The notes under the pieces: model-generated
Database searches by the model: none
Seen by the model: the letters and a program-made list of their open reading frames with translations, nothing else
What the model was told of the DNA's origin: nothing
Shown: positions 12,920 through 26,520 of the stretch, in pieces
Layout: each line of letters opens with the position of its first letter
Numbering within the stretch: the stretch's first letter is position 1
NCBI RefSeq assembly: GCF_006345805.1
Contig: NC_043000.1
Span: forward strand, 46,190,001 to 46,254,000
Direction: 5' to 3'
Length of the DNA stretch: 64,000 nt
Source of the DNA: Octopus sinensis
Lineage: Eukaryota
Program-made: the position numbers and the translations under genes

Positions 12920-13230
12920 TACAAAATGGGACAAGAACGCAAAACATTCAAATAGACGACACAAAAAACGGACGGGTCATTTGAAGCCTCTAATCTTCAG
13001 GCATGAACCGGATCATCCTCGCAATTTCGGCTGATTAATCTTGAGATCGCTCCGATCCGGCCAGCCTCAAGGAAAAACTAAGCTACGAGCATTAAATTTC
13101 TTGGAAAAAGGATCGAATGTATGTGAAACAAGGACAGAAAAACGGACGATGCCACACGAATATAAATACAAAAAAACAATAATAATAATAACAGGACAAA
13201 AACAACAGGTGTCTATAGTTTGGTTAAATT
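12920..13230. repeat. Unclassified interspersed-repeat-like segment next to (TA)n
   Basis: CpG-richer than its flanks, contains a cttgag/ctcaag stem; classification not supported. Confidence 0.3.
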
Positions 13231-14243
13231 TAACATGTGAAAGAATGATCACAGTTCTTAATGACTGGACTTTCTTCCTCAGTTCTGGAACCTGATGCAC
13301 ATCATGTCTTTTGATATATTATTGAATTTCTGATAGCAATAATTCTTCCCTTTTTCTTTATCTAATGTAACATCATCAAATAAATATTGAGTGTGAGGAA
13401 ATTCCTCTAAACAGATGGTTCATACAGTTATTCCCATCCTCCTCCTCGTCATCATCATTGCTGCTGCTGCTGCAGCCACTACGGCAAGCAGCAGCAGCAT
13501 CACCACCACCACCCCCATCGCCACAACCACTGCTGCCATCATCATCATCAACATCATCCCCATCATTATCGTTACTACTACTACTATCAGTAATCAATCC
13601 TTTTCCCTACTATACAGACAAAATCAAATATTGATATATTTGAATTTCCTAAACACTTTTCAGAAGACATTGAGCTCATCACGATAGGCTGGACATAGGA
13701 ATTATTAGGTATTGCATGAAATTAAAGAATTTCCACAGAATATGTGACCAACAATAGAATTTTTAAAAAATATTTTTATGGAGTCAACTGTGTGTTTATT
13801 CATACGGCAACAAAACCAAACAATTATTGAAACAGAAGAATTAAAAGCAGAAAATTCATGTGAGAAGTGACCTAATAAGGTGTCATGTGCACTAAAAGTG
13901 AAGCATATTTTGTTATTTTAATTATTTGGGAATTATTTGATTGCCATATGTAATTTAAAATTAGCGCTATGGTAATCATTGGAATATTTTTTCACAAAGT
14001 TATATCACTGTGAGAATTATGATACAACACTGTGAGTATGTCATCTACTATGACCTGGGGTCAGTCAAAGTCTTGTGAGTGAAATTTGGTTGATATGAAA
14101 CTGCATGGAAACTTGTTAAATGTATGTATATGTGTGAACCAATAACAGAGAACAAAATTTTTGCAACAATCAAATACATTGTAGTGATTGGTTCCTTCAA
14201 ACTGAAGTCAATCATTCTTGCTTTATGAGTAGAATAATGAAAA

Positions 14244-14633
14244 TCTATATATATAAAGCTGAAGTTTTCTGTGTATGGCAGGTTTGGTAGCCTTCAAGTG
14301 ATGCTATCTCTTCCGAGACCCTGCGCCACAAGTTGACCAAAATTGAGAGTATGATAGAAGAAGGCTTGCTTTTCCTTCCGTAGGAGAAAAAATTCAAATC
14401 TGACCATGTTAAGACCAAAAATTATTTACATCAAACAGGTGCTTTTTTTCTATGAAAATCCCTAGTTTTTACGATTTTTTGACTGCTGTGTCGCCACTTT
14501 TCAGTGTATTTCAACCAGAAAAATGTTGACTTAAAGAGAATAACAAGCTACATAATGCAAAATTTTTGCTTTTCAAAAATTCCAATTCTAAAGGGTCGAA
14601 ACAAACCCGAGCAACGCCGGGTGATACTGCTAG
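14244..14633 (+). mobile_element. Non-autonomous Helitron (~390 bp)
   Basis: 5' TC (a|tctatatatataaagc), subterminal hairpin acccg-agcaacgc-cgggt (14605-14622), 3' CTAG, inserted between A and T with no TSD. Confidence 0.85.
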
Positions 14634-16659
14634 TACTAATATGATAAATTACTGATGAAATACTTGGGTTGGTATAATCAACAAAAACCCTTATAAGTAA
14701 TACCTCCAATTTAGCTGTAGTTGAGTGAATGAAACCATTAACAGAGTCAAAGCTTCAATTGGAAGTGCTGTATGCACATGTTTATGGCAACAAATTTCTA
14801 AGAAGAAGCAAAATATTTAATAATATTGCTAGTTTTGTTTCAACAAATATAACAAAGCTGACTGTAACAAACATTTTTGTATAGGCTTTAAAGTCTAACC
14901 CACCAATTCCTATACCCATTCAATTATTTCAGAATGGTTTAGCTTTATGCATAATATTCTAGCATTTCCCTCCTAAGATCATGTTGCTAGTCATTCTAAT
15001 AGTATCATTAATGGGAGCAGCAGACATTAGTAATAATGAATTTAAAATATAGTTGGTGTAAAAATGCACAAATTCTTTGATTTCTCATACTTTAATATAC
15101 CAGGAAAATGACTGTCACCATGTATTAATTGCTATTTTTCGTTAATGCACCTGATCAATTTCTACTCTTATTTTCCATAATATTGATTCTGTGCTTTTGT
15201 GTTAACTTCTGAAGTTTATAAATAAAGGTTGATTTTTATTGACTCAGTGGAAACAAATACAAATACAGAAATAATAATAATCTGCCTCAAATACAAATCA
15301 ATTTGGTTTCAATTTTAATTTTATACTTCACTTTCCTTTTTGTAATTCTCCTTATCATCTCCTCCTTCCAGGCCCACTGTTTATTTCCTTCACCTTCTCC
15401 CAAGAGTATATTCACCATTGACTTTGCCTCTTTTCCTGTTTACCATTCAAGGCATCACCTAAATTTCTATATTCCCAATCTCTCACCTCCAACTGTCACA
15501 GACTTGCCTGTTCTTCTGCTCCTATACACATCATCTGTTCCTCTAATTTCCCCATCCTGTTCACCATCTTGTACCTTGAGGGTACATTCTGATACCTAAA
15601 CACCACCCACTTCCACTTTTTTTTTACCAGGTGGGGGTAGTCCTGTATCTCCTCAACAGCAAGATAACTATTCCTAGTCTTTAATCCTACTCTTGCTTCT
15701 GAACATTTGGCATAAACCACTTCCCATAATACTACACTCTTCTCAATCAAGAGTACTTGTCTTGCGAGTTACTGCTAGGCAACCTTACTAGGGCCAGTGA
15801 CATGAAAGAACATACAGAACATTGTAATGTGGATGTTATTTGGAAGGGCACCCTGCTACAAAAGCCATGTTGATTCAGACACGGAATCTTAATACAGTCC
15901 TTTAAACTGTTGTAAACTGTCAAACTGTTCAATCCATGCCAGCATGGAATTCAGCTGCTAAATGATTACACATACACACACACACAATACAACACACACA
16001 GGCACATATAAAATGAGCTCCTACAGACTCACTCATTGTTTTTGAAAACATTAATTAAAATTATTACTCAAAAATAATCATTTTGGAAAATTGCTTAAAC
16101 AGCAACATAATTTCAGGACTTTGATTGCATGGAGTTTATATCTTTTAGAATCAAATACTCAAACTTGAACCATCCATTTTCACACATGTCATTCATAAAG
16201 GTACTTAAATGAAAGAAAATAAGGATAAGTATATTCTTCAAACTTTCATTTCATATTTCAAAACATATTCAGACAGACGATATTCAAAAGAAAACTAAGC
16301 TCAGTTTACATATTGATGATTGAAAATGAACAACTTTACTGCAAATCAGAGTCTTTCAGTTATAATGTGTTAACAAATACACTATATTTGTATTGGGTCC
16401 TGAAATTCATTGTTTCTGGTGAATCAGCCAAGGTTTATATATAGTAACAATTGAAATTTTCCTTTTTGGTTTTATATTGCATATAGCTGCCTTCATTATT
16501 TTGTGTAAGTGTGTGTATGTTCCTGTGTGTACATACATACACTACACACATACATATATACACAAGTAAATTTGTATATGCATGTGTGTGTGCATGTGTG
16601 TATCTCTGTGTGTACATATATATACATATATATATTAGAAGGTTTGGAGATGATGTATA

Positions 16660-17054
16660 GGCGCAGGAGTGGCTGTGTGGTAAGTAGCTTGCTTACCAAC
16701 CACATGGTTCCGGGTTTAGTCCCACTGCGTGGCATCTTGGGCAAGTGTCTTCTGCTATAGCCCTGGGCCAACCAATGCCTTGTGAGTGGATTTGGTAGAC
16801 AGAAACTGAAAGAAGCCTGTCGTATAGATGTATATATATATGTTTGTGTGTTTGTCCCCCTAGCATTGCTTGACAACCGATGCTGGTGTGTTTACGTCCC
16901 CGTCACTTAGCGGTTCAGCAAAAGAGACCGATAGAATAAGTACTGGGCTTACAAAGAATAAGTCCCGGGGTCGATTTGCTTGACTAAAGGCGGTGCTCCA
17001 GCATGGCCGCAGTCAAATGACTGAAACAAATAAAAGAGTAAAAAAGAGTAAAGA
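16660..17054 (+). mobile_element. SINE family 1, full length
   Basis: Head with A-box-like tggctgtgtggt and B-box-like gggtttagtccc, central gggcaagtgtcttct, tail gctccagcatggccgcagtcaaatgactgaaaca(aaagagt)n. Confidence 0.9.
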
Positions 17055-17299
17055 GGTATTTTATATTAGAAGAAATGAAGTACTAAGAAATTCGGATGGT
17101 TTTATATTTACAGATATTTATTTGTATATTACATGTTTTTATACATCATATATCATATATCATATATCATATATTAGCGCTTTCATCCATTCTAGTGGAG
17201 TTTTCAAATTGAGCTAAGTTCTTGGGGAAAATTTGACCATTTTTATAGTGTTATTGAGTGTGTAGTGGTGGGGAGAGATATAAGAAAGTATATATATAT

Positions 17300-17562
17300 G
17301 GCTGATGTCAGTGTTGCCTGACTGGTCGGTGACACGTAAAAAGCACCAACTGATCGTGGTCGTTTGCCAGCCTCCTCTGGCCCCTGTGCCACTGGCATGT
17401 ATAAAGCACCTGCTACACTCATGGAGTGGTTGGTGTTAGGAAGGGCATCCAGCTGTAGAAACAATGCCAGATCAGATTGGAGCCTGGCTTCCCAGACCAC
17501 GGTCAAACCATACAACCTATGCTAGCATGGAAAACGGACGTTAAACGATGATGATGATGATG
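17300..17562 (+). mobile_element. SINE family 2
   Basis: gttaggaagggcatccagctgtagaaac...ggacgttaaac(gat)n. Confidence 0.85.
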
Positions 17563-17597
17563 ATTGATATATATATATATATATGTATGTAAACATT

Positions 17598-17994
17598 AGG
17601 TGTGGCTGTGTGGTAAGAAGCTTGCTTCCCAGTCACATAGTAATGGGTTCAGTCTCACTGCATGGCTTCTACTATACCTTCGGGCCAACCAAAGCCTTGT
17701 GAGTGGATTTGGCAGATGGAAACTGAAAGAAGCCTATTGTATATATATATGTATCTATGTATATTTATGTGTGCCTTTGTGTCTGTGTTTGTCCCCCACC
17801 ACCATCGCCTGACAATCGATGCTGGTGTGTTTACGACCCCATAACTTAGTTTGGCAAAAGAGACTGATGTACTAGGCTTACAAAGAATAAGTCCTGGGGT
17901 CGATTGCTTCAATTAAAAAACATTTAAGGAGGTGCCCCAGCATGGCCACAGTCAAAATGACTGAAACAAGTAAAAGAATAAAAGATTTAAAGAG
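17598..17994 (+). mobile_element. SINE family 1
   Basis: Same head, core and tail as 16660-17054. Confidence 0.85.
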
Positions 17995-19737
17995 TATACA
18001 AGCACTCACACATATACAATAATCAGTAACATAGCAACTATTGTTAGTGCTGTTTCTTGCCAATTATATAGGTTTGTTTTTAAATCCTAACTTATGTAAT
18101 ATCTTTAGATGAAACACTTCAGGTGTGAAAAAATCCCAAGTTCCATTCAACCTGTTATTGAAATTGTAATGCATCGTGCATTTCATTCGATCTTTAATCC
18201 TTTCGGGGTTGATAAAATATATAGCAGTTGAGCACTTAGGTTGATGTAACTGACTTACTACCTTCCCGGAGATTGCTGGCCTTGTGTCAAAAACTGATGC
18301 CAAGGTTATCCCAAAATTTTCTATTGATGGATATTTGTTTAAACAAATGCACTGTTAATGATTTGTAATTTGATTGATATTTAGTATGGAAGTTGGAATA
18401 TTTTTTGCAATTTTACTTTAATGAAATCCAGGAAAATAATGGTTCTACTTTTTTTTATACATATTTTAAAATGCAGATTTTGGATTAGAAAATCCTTTCT
18501 GTTGTGAATTTGAATATCCTGCTATAATATTGATAGCTACGGTGCTATCTTTTCAAAGAGAAGACTGGATTCACATTCTTCTATGTAATTGAATTCAAGT
18601 GATATGATATGATACAATTCATTTGTTATGAATAAAATTTATTAAGTGAATAAAATGAGACGACATACATCATAAGAATACAGACTGGGTAAAAAGGTAA
18701 CTTTTAATTCCAACAAATTCTAACTGGTATTATTGGAAACAGAGAGGTTTGACAGTCATGTACAAGAGATGTCAAGCCATTGTAAAAATTATGAAACTTT
18801 GATCTAAGTGTTGTAAAACAAACCTATTCAAATTTTCTTTGGAGATGTGGAAAGTATTTTTCAAATAAAAACACAACTTAGTCAAGATAAAAAAAAATGT
18901 ATTAATTGCCTGTTTTAGATAAAAATCAAAGAATATTGAAATATTTTCACTGCTATTCATATTGTATTGTCTCAAGCTTGGTAAAAAAAACTATAGTGTT
19001 TAATTTGGTTTTTGTTTAACAAAATCGCTTCTAAGCAATTGGTCTTTGTATTTTCTATGGCTCTGTTTGAATTAATCTTTACTGAAGTCATATGTCATCG
19101 TTTAATGAATTTCCCCAAATTTTGACATCATTGTTTTCTCTGGAAAATATTATATCAGTTAATCTTCTTTATATTTTATTTCCATGGTAGTTAAAGACTG
19201 TTTGAACTTCACATAAACTATAGTTTGTTATCGCTTGTTCAAAGTTTCTTTCAATAGCAAGATGAAAACAAATTCAATGGGCTTTGTTATTGTACTGGTT
19301 GTTTTAAAAGGTAAAAAGTGAAGTTATACATTACGATATTTTTACTATTGTCAAAGATTTAAATGGCAATTAATGAACAATTCATTTCTTCTGATATCTA
19401 CTCAGTGTGTGTCTCCCATTAAGCTCAATTCATTTAGGTAATGAATTAATCAATCAAAATTTAAAAGATCATAGTATTTAAAAATAAGCCACTCTAATAA
19501 TAAATGCATATTACATGGTAAATCCATTCCCCTCATTTATTTGAAATTTAAAAAATATTAAAGATAGTGTTTAATGTAACCTGCACAATTATAGCAGGAT
19601 AGATTAGATAAGAAACTGTCCTATCACACAAGAATTAAAATATTTAATTGTCTATCTATCATATTGTTATGCAGTTTATAGAATTATTTAAAAAATTCTC
19701 TATCTCATGAAACACATCCGATTCTTCTTGCTTACAG

Positions 19738-19883
19738 GCATCCTTAGCTATGGTTCCATGATGTTGGAAATAAATCTTGTATTAAGGAGTCAGTCAGAAG
19801 GAAGAATATTGAAGTGGCAGCTAAAATATTTGCTCGAAGCAATTCATTGTTTGAATCAGAGAAATACATTGAAAATGATAATA
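19738..19883 (+). CDS. Host gene exon (GILSYGSMMLEINLVLRSQSEGRILKWQLKYLLEAIHCLNQRNTLKMII)
   Basis: Acceptor ttcttcttgcttacag, donor gtaggt, phase 1 to 0 matching both neighbours; overlaps track ORF 19707-19907. Confidence 0.65.
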
Positions 19884-20171
19884 GTAGGTAGAGAATATGA
19901 TGAATGAAAACTGCTGAGATGGATTAAGTATTAATTTATTCACTATTTTCCTTATATTTATTTAACACTGGAATATAGAAAGATTTGGCAAACCAAAGAA
20001 TGGCTGCTGCATTGTTACTTGACTGGCTAGATATAACAGCCAATTGTTTCTCAAATGTCACCCTACCATCTTAAAACCAAAATCAAGACAAAATGGCTAT
20101 GTCTGGAATAATTTGGCCATATGTCTGTTCAATCAGAGCTGACTTGAAAATGAATGACAACAATTACCACT

Positions 20172-20384
20172 TTAACATACCAATTGATCATATCCCAGGC
20201 AAATATTTTACCTCTTTTATGTTCAAACCAACCAGATCTAACCTCTCATGCCTACCTTGCTATGTCATTCTAATTATATATAATCACATCATCGAAATCT
20301 TGAAGCTAATATATGATGAATTTAAAACAATATGAATGCATAAGTATTACATGTGAGAAACTTATCTGAATGCTAAAGGCTTAA
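20172..20384. mobile_element. TTAA MITE copy
   Basis: ttaac ... gaatgctaaaggcttaa; interior resembles 46410-46638. Confidence 0.5.
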
Positions 20385-21899
20385 GACATTCGACAAGCCA
20401 ATGCAGGAGACTCTGTGATCACTAAACATGAAAGAATTAGCAGTTAAGTCTTCCTAACGTCATACCTCATAATCTCCATAAATGAATTCATTGAATTATC
20501 AGGTTCAAGGAATCTCTTGTCTCAAAGACACTGAATAAGTTAAGTGGTTCTATATACAATTACGGTTGGAAAAAAAGTGAGGGATATTCATGGCTGAAAT
20601 ATACTTGATTATAGATCTGCATCATCTAGACTGAATTGGAACTAATAACAACAAAGACCAAGAAATTTGAATTACTTTAAAATGCAATTGACCAGTTTCA
20701 AGCACATAATGACATTGGTAGTTCAACGATAACATCTTACACCATCATATCAATGTTTATATTTCAAAATTTGCCTATATTTCTGTCTAAGTCTCCTAAA
20801 AGTACATACCATCAATAATGCTTTTTAGAAATTGGGGAAAGGGATCTGTATTACGTTTGAACATATAATTTATAAATAGCCCTGTGGGTAAAAAGCATGC
20901 TTTGAAAACATGTGATTCCAAGTTTGATTTCAAAGTAACCTTGGGCAAGCACCTCTTTATAGATCTAGGAGTTGAGCGAGCTATCTCTATATCACTATGC
21001 TGCACATTTAAGACAATGATTAGAGCATACCTTTTCACTTGCTGAATCAACCTGATGTCTGTCTGACATTATATATCTGAAAATGAAGATTAAAAAAAAT
21101 AAGTAACAAGAAAGTTAGAGCTCTGAAAACTGATGCACTCTGTGTGTGTGTGTGTGTGAGAAGTAGATACATGAAGTGGAAGAGTGAATAAAAAGGAAAA
21201 AAAAGAAAAAGAAAATTAGTGTTATGTCCCTTTTTGCTGTAAAACCATAAAGCTAGTCCTCGTAGAATTATTTAAAGGAGAGTGGTCCAAAGTCTGCATC
21301 ACAACTGCTCAAATCCAGGTAGGGTGGCACCCTCCAGTTCACCAAAAGAAATCTGTCCATATACTGGCACCTGCTGAAAATTTCAGATCTGGAATTCACT
21401 AGTATGGAGGAATTCTTATGATTTCACCTCAGCGTGTGTTTGTGTATGTGTGAGTGAGCACTTGAGTTTATGTGTGAATGTGTTTGTCGTGTGTGCATAT
21501 GTCAGCCCACCTGAGTTATGAAAGAGGTAAGTGAATGAAGTAACCAAAAATAAGACAATACAAGAGGGAGTAAAATTAATAAATTACCATCACAGAAACT
21601 AAAATACACCATGACAGTTTTTTTTATTGTATGTTTGTGTGTGTGAACATATATGAGTGTGTGTATATATGTGTGTTTATGCATGTTACAGAGTGTCTGT
21701 ATTTGTGTATAGGGACAAGGTTTGCTTGTGTGTTTTAGAATGTGAGTTTTGTGAGTGTGTGTGTTTGTATTTTTTCACATGCAAGTGCTTGTATTTGTTT
21801 TTCCTGAATACGATGTATAGATATTTTTATTTTCTATTTCAAAATATAGTGACCCTGTGCCTGTTGAGTTTTCAAAGCCTTTACTAATGTACCCATGTG

Positions 21900-22620
21900 T
21901 CTGTTATGTGTTTCTGATATATTCAGATCAAGTGAAGGTACAGTTGAGAGAGTAGATACTCAGTTTGAGTGACAGTGATCATTGTGCATAATTTTAGTGT
22001 CTCTTGACTTAATTTCCCATTGTAGTATCTGTTGCTTGTGCATTTTTATGTGAGTTTGTGTGTGTAAGCACATGTTTTTCTATGGTTGTGTACTGTTATA
22101 TCCTTTTAGGTATGTATGTATCTCCTACTTATACATATATCTTTTATTTTCGTAGGGATATGCATGATACACAGATATTTTACATAGCTGTTTTTCATTT
22201 CATAGTTGGTCAGTTTCTAATTTGCTTATTGTCATTAAGTACTGAATATGTTTGTACAGCATTTTTTTAAAATAAGTACATATGAATTGAAGGTGATGCT
22301 GGAAAGTTTGGCACTCATTTTTAGTGTCTATGAATTTTTGTATGCACGTATGTAGCAAGGATTACAATTAATTTATATTTGGAAGGCATGTAGAGCTCAC
22401 CACTAGTGTAGAATGTTATGTGTAGAAATGTATGGAAGAGACAAACACATCTTACTTTCTTGGGTAGTGGATACGTTTGTGGCTGAAGTAAGACTTGAAA
22501 ATGTTGCATTTGTAGGAGGTAATGAGTTCAGATTTTTGTTGGGTAATATGTGGAAATTTTCAGTTCTATGTACTTTACAAGGCTGAGATCTACCCCAGAA
22601 TGGTAGTTATGTTTTTTGGG
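21900..22620 (-). mobile_element. Old Penelope-like GIY-YIG/3' relic
   Basis: Degraded minus-strand similarity to the PLE endonuclease C-terminus plus (GT)n-rich tail; judged by eye only. Confidence 0.3.
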
Positions 22621-22925
22621 CAACAATATTATATTATAGCTCTTACAGTGTATAGTTAACACAAAGATCATAAATATGGCAGGATACAGAAATGGCGTTT
22701 CTCTTGTCAGAATTCTGAACTGTATATCAGTGATGGTAAAATCTGGTTTTAAATTTGTTAGAGGTAAGTCTGATGATGTGTGAGGGGAATATTTGCTCTC
22801 TTCATTAAAGTCACATTTTCAATGTACATAATTGCATAGCAGTACATATGTCTGGTGAATTCTCTCTTTGGCAGACATTTACATTAAGCATTGTAATTTG
22901 CTTATATGCACACATATATATATAT

Positions 22926-22976
<51 letters not shown>

Positions 22977-23499
22977 TCTGTGTGTGTGCATGTATGTGTG
23001 CACGTGTGCATGTATGTGTGTAATATAGACAGTCATAATTTATGTAGACTGGCAAGTACAGCACAAGATGGAAAATGTAGACTGACTCACCTCTCTCCCA
23101 TACGTTATCTTGCTGAACAGCATCACATAATAGCACATCCATGCCTCATGTTTTCAGTGGTAGTCTAGTGCAGTCCCCAGCTTGCCAGCTCTGGTCACAT
23201 GATCCAACCCATGCCAGCATGAACAATGGACACTAAATGATGACGTTGATGAGTGTATGTATATATATATATATATATATACATATATGTGTGCATGTGT
23301 GTATAAATATGTATGTATATATATATGCATTGTACAATCTACCTTTCACTCTGAGCGAGAGACCCTTTGTCATGAAGAGGCGTAGAAGCTTTCTAAACTT
23401 TGCCCAGGCTATTCTTATTCTAGTGGTAACACTCGCTGAGCATCTACCCCCACTACTAACTTAGTCACCTAGGTAGTGGAAGCTATCAACTAATTCTAG

Positions 23500-23907
23500 T
23501 TTCTCCCCCTTTGAGGAGACCTATTGAGTCAAGTACATCAACAACAAAATAAAAATCAAATGGAAGTTGTATTTGTGATACCTGTGCTGGTGTCACGTAA
23601 AAGGCACCATCCGAATGTGGCCGATGCCAGCACTACCTTGACTGGCGTCCATGTCAGTGGCATGTAAAATGCACCAGCTGATCGTGGCCATTGCAAGCCT
23701 CCTCAGGCCCCTCTGCCGGTGGCACGTAAAAAGCACCCACTACACTCACAGAATGGTTGGCATTAGGAAGGGCATCCAGCTGTAGAAACACTGCCAGATC
23801 AGACTGGAGCCTGGTGCAGCCTCCTGGCTTCCCAGACCCCGGTTGAACTGTCCAACCCATGCTAGTATTGAAAACGGACATTAAACGATGATGATGATGA
23901 TGATGAT
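23500..23907 (+). mobile_element. SINE family 2
   Basis: ggtggcacgtaaaaagcacccactacac...ttaggaagggcatccagctg...(gat)n. Confidence 0.85.
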
Positions 23908-24195
23908 TTGTGTGTGTGTGTGTCTATGTCTGTGTGTCTGTGTCGGTGTATGCTGCAAGAGAGAGAAAACAATTTAAAAGACCAATATATAATCTTTTCT
24001 TGCATAGTGGTAGTTTAGGCAATACTATATATACAAACGAAATTAATCAAACTTTTAAAGTTCCTATTATTATTGGATATTTTTATTGAAAATAATACTT
24101 TAATTTGGAAGACTAACTTCCCACGCCTATGATGGCTTGTTTAAGCAGTTAAAATGCCTATGTAAATATATTGTATACGGATGGCACTAAGGAAT

Positions 24196-24575
24196 CAAAA
24201 TTGAATATTAAGAAACTGCAAAGATGTTAATCAAAGTTAATTTCATAATTCTGACAATTGGTAAAGGTTACAAATTTGCAATTTCTCAGCCTCTTCACTA
24301 ATACTCCATCACCAAAATTGAAGAGTAAACAACTGTGAAATGTTAATCAAGGTTACTTTCGTAATTCTGTCTACTGATAAAGGTTAAAAATTTCCATTTT
24401 CAAGACAACTGTACTAAAACTGCAGAAACAAAATTTAAGATTAAATGAATGTAAAGTTATTAATCAAAATTAATTTTGGAATACAGTTTATTGGTAAAAG
24501 TCTCGTAAATCTGCAATTTCTAGGCATCTATATCAGAGTCAAAATTTAAGATCAAGCAACTGTAACTATATTAGG
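24196..24575. repeat. Diverged ~115-bp tandem repeat, about 3.3 units
   Basis: caaaatt(g/t)aa anchors at 24196, 24313, 24429, 24540; shared ttaatcaa and gtaaa/ggtta blocks. Confidence 0.7.
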
Positions 24576-25106
24576 TATATGCACAGAAACTTCAGACAAC
24601 AAAACCAAAACCAGTTTAAACTTAAGTTGTTGAGTTGGCTGGTATAATATGAACACTACAACCGGAAGGCTATTTTTCATTTTATCTTTTAATGAAATGA
24701 AGAATGTATTTGAAAATATTATTGCAGCATTTTGGCAAAAAGATACGTTAAGTGTTAATGAGGCTGGCTGTTTTATCTTTAGTGATTTATAAATAACACC
24801 ATCAACAACAACAACAATAATAATAATAATAACAACAACAACAACAGCAATAATAAACAGAGTTAGATTGAGGTTAGGTTATTATTTGGCCAAGAGCAAA
24901 TATAAATAAGTAAAACTTTACTCCTAATGAACTGCTCAAATGTTTATTTTTACGAAGCTCATTAACACAAGATGCAGTAGTTGTATATTAGCTTATAGAA
25001 AAGGAATATACATAGTCAAAATGATTAAAAATACAAAGTAAATAAAAAAAAATTATATATATATATATATTGTATAATTGTATACAAAGTATTATTTTGT
25101 CTTCAG

Positions 25107-25140
25107 CATATCAGAGAAAACGAATTTGAACTTAATCTGT
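25107..25140 (+). CDS. Host gene mini-exon (HIRENEFELNL)
   Basis: Acceptor tattattttgtcttcag, consensus donor gtaagt, phase 0 to 1. Confidence 0.65.
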
Positions 25141-25740
25141 GTAAGTATGAGTGTGTGTGTGCATGTATGTGTGTAAGTGTGTGTATTTGTTGTGCGTGTG
25201 TGTGTGCGTTATTCATTTTTAGATAAATCTTGTTAATACAACTGCGTCATGGAAAACTAATTTTAGACATTTAAGAATGCACAAAAACATGCATCCAGTT
25301 TTTGTTTGAGACTTAATAATATAGTCTCTCTTTCCCTCTCCCTCTCCCCCCCCCCTCTCTCTCTCACTCTCTCTCGCTTTTACAAAGTGTCAAAATATTT
25401 TTGTTGTAAATCTGCAGCCTTAATCACTAGCATAATTTCACTGCATTCTTTCGAGTTGGGTAGACGAGAGTTGAATGAGTGGATGCAGGGGTAGATGAAA
25501 AATTCTGATTTTGCTTGTTCTGAGATGGCTTAAAGGATTTTCTTCCACAATGGAATTGTCTCAGTCTCAACCAGCAGTTTCAGATTTTACACTTTCGAAA
25601 CAGAGTGGTACTATCCAAAATACTAGTCTGTAACTTATTTCTATATCTATTAGTTCTCACTCACAGAATCAAAGACAGACTTGTTACTATATATATATAT
25701 CATGCTGTACATAATTATTTTAGATGCTTATAAATGCATC

Positions 25741-26368
25741 GGCGCAGGAGTGGCTGTGTGGTAAGTAGCTTGCTTACCAACCACATGGTTTCGGGTTCAG
25801 TCCCACTGCGTGGCATCTTGGGCAAGTGTCTTCTACTATAGCCTCAGGCCAACCAATGCCTTGTGAGTGGATTTGAAAGAAGCCCGTCGTATATATATTT
25901 CTTTACTACCCACAAGGCACTAAACACAGAGGGGACAAACAAGGACAGACAGAGGGATTAAGTCGATTACACCGACCCCAGTGCATAACTGGTACTTAAT
26001 TTATCGACCCAGAAAGGATGAAAGGCAAAGTCGACCTCGGCGGAATTTGAACTCAGAACGTAACGACAGACGAAATACGGCTAAACATTTCGCCCGGCGT
26101 GCTAACGTTTCTGCCAGCCCGCCGCCTTAACACTGTCGTATATATGTATATATATATGTGTGTGTGTTTGTGTGTCTGTGTTTGTCCCCCTAGCATTGTT
26201 TGACAACCGATGCTGGTGTGTTTACGTCTCCGTCACTTAGCGGTTTGGCAAAAGAGACCAATAGAATAAGTACTGGGCTTACAAAGAATGAGTCCCGGGG
26301 TCGATTTGCTCGACTAAAGGCGGTGCTCCAGCATGGCCGCAGTCAAATGACTGAAACAAGTTAAAGAG
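25741..26368 (+). mobile_element. SINE family 1 interrupted by a family 3 SINE
   Basis: Head at 25741 and tail at 26368 are split at 25897-26134. Confidence 0.9.
25897..26134 (-). mobile_element. SINE family 3, nested, 11-bp TSD
   Basis: gtcgtatatat at 25886-25896 and 26135-26145; body contains gagttcaaattccgccgaggtcgactttgcc on the minus strand. Confidence 0.9.
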
Positions 26369-26520
26369 TAAATGATAGGAAAGCTTGTGAATGGATGAGT
26401 GAATTCGATGTTGCTCAAAGGAGTATGCAACCAGCATGATGCAATGTGGGTAAACCAGCATATACTATTGTGGGTTGCATTCTATGCCTTGACCCAAGCA
26501 TGTTAGTGCAGTTAACTATC

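Noticed and set aside
13010-13100. CTGATTA...cttgag/ctcaag...GAAA as a hammerhead
   Set aside because: G8 is missing, the spacing is wrong, and no stem I or III pairing was found
16660-16740. tRNA-like A/B boxes as tRNA genes
   Set aside because: They are SINE heads; there is no cloverleaf and they continue into SINE cores
19749-19887. Alternative frame LWFHDVGNKSCIKESVRRKNIEVAAKIFARS for the 19.7-kb exon
   Set aside because: It needs a weaker acceptor and breaks the phase chain with the strong exons at 10613 and 25107; not fully excluded
25412-25620. Extra exon candidates (SLITSIISLHSFEL; YGLKDFLPQW...; also 29969-30042)
   Set aside because: Several incompatible frames and splice sites look equally plausible and cannot be resolved without RNA data
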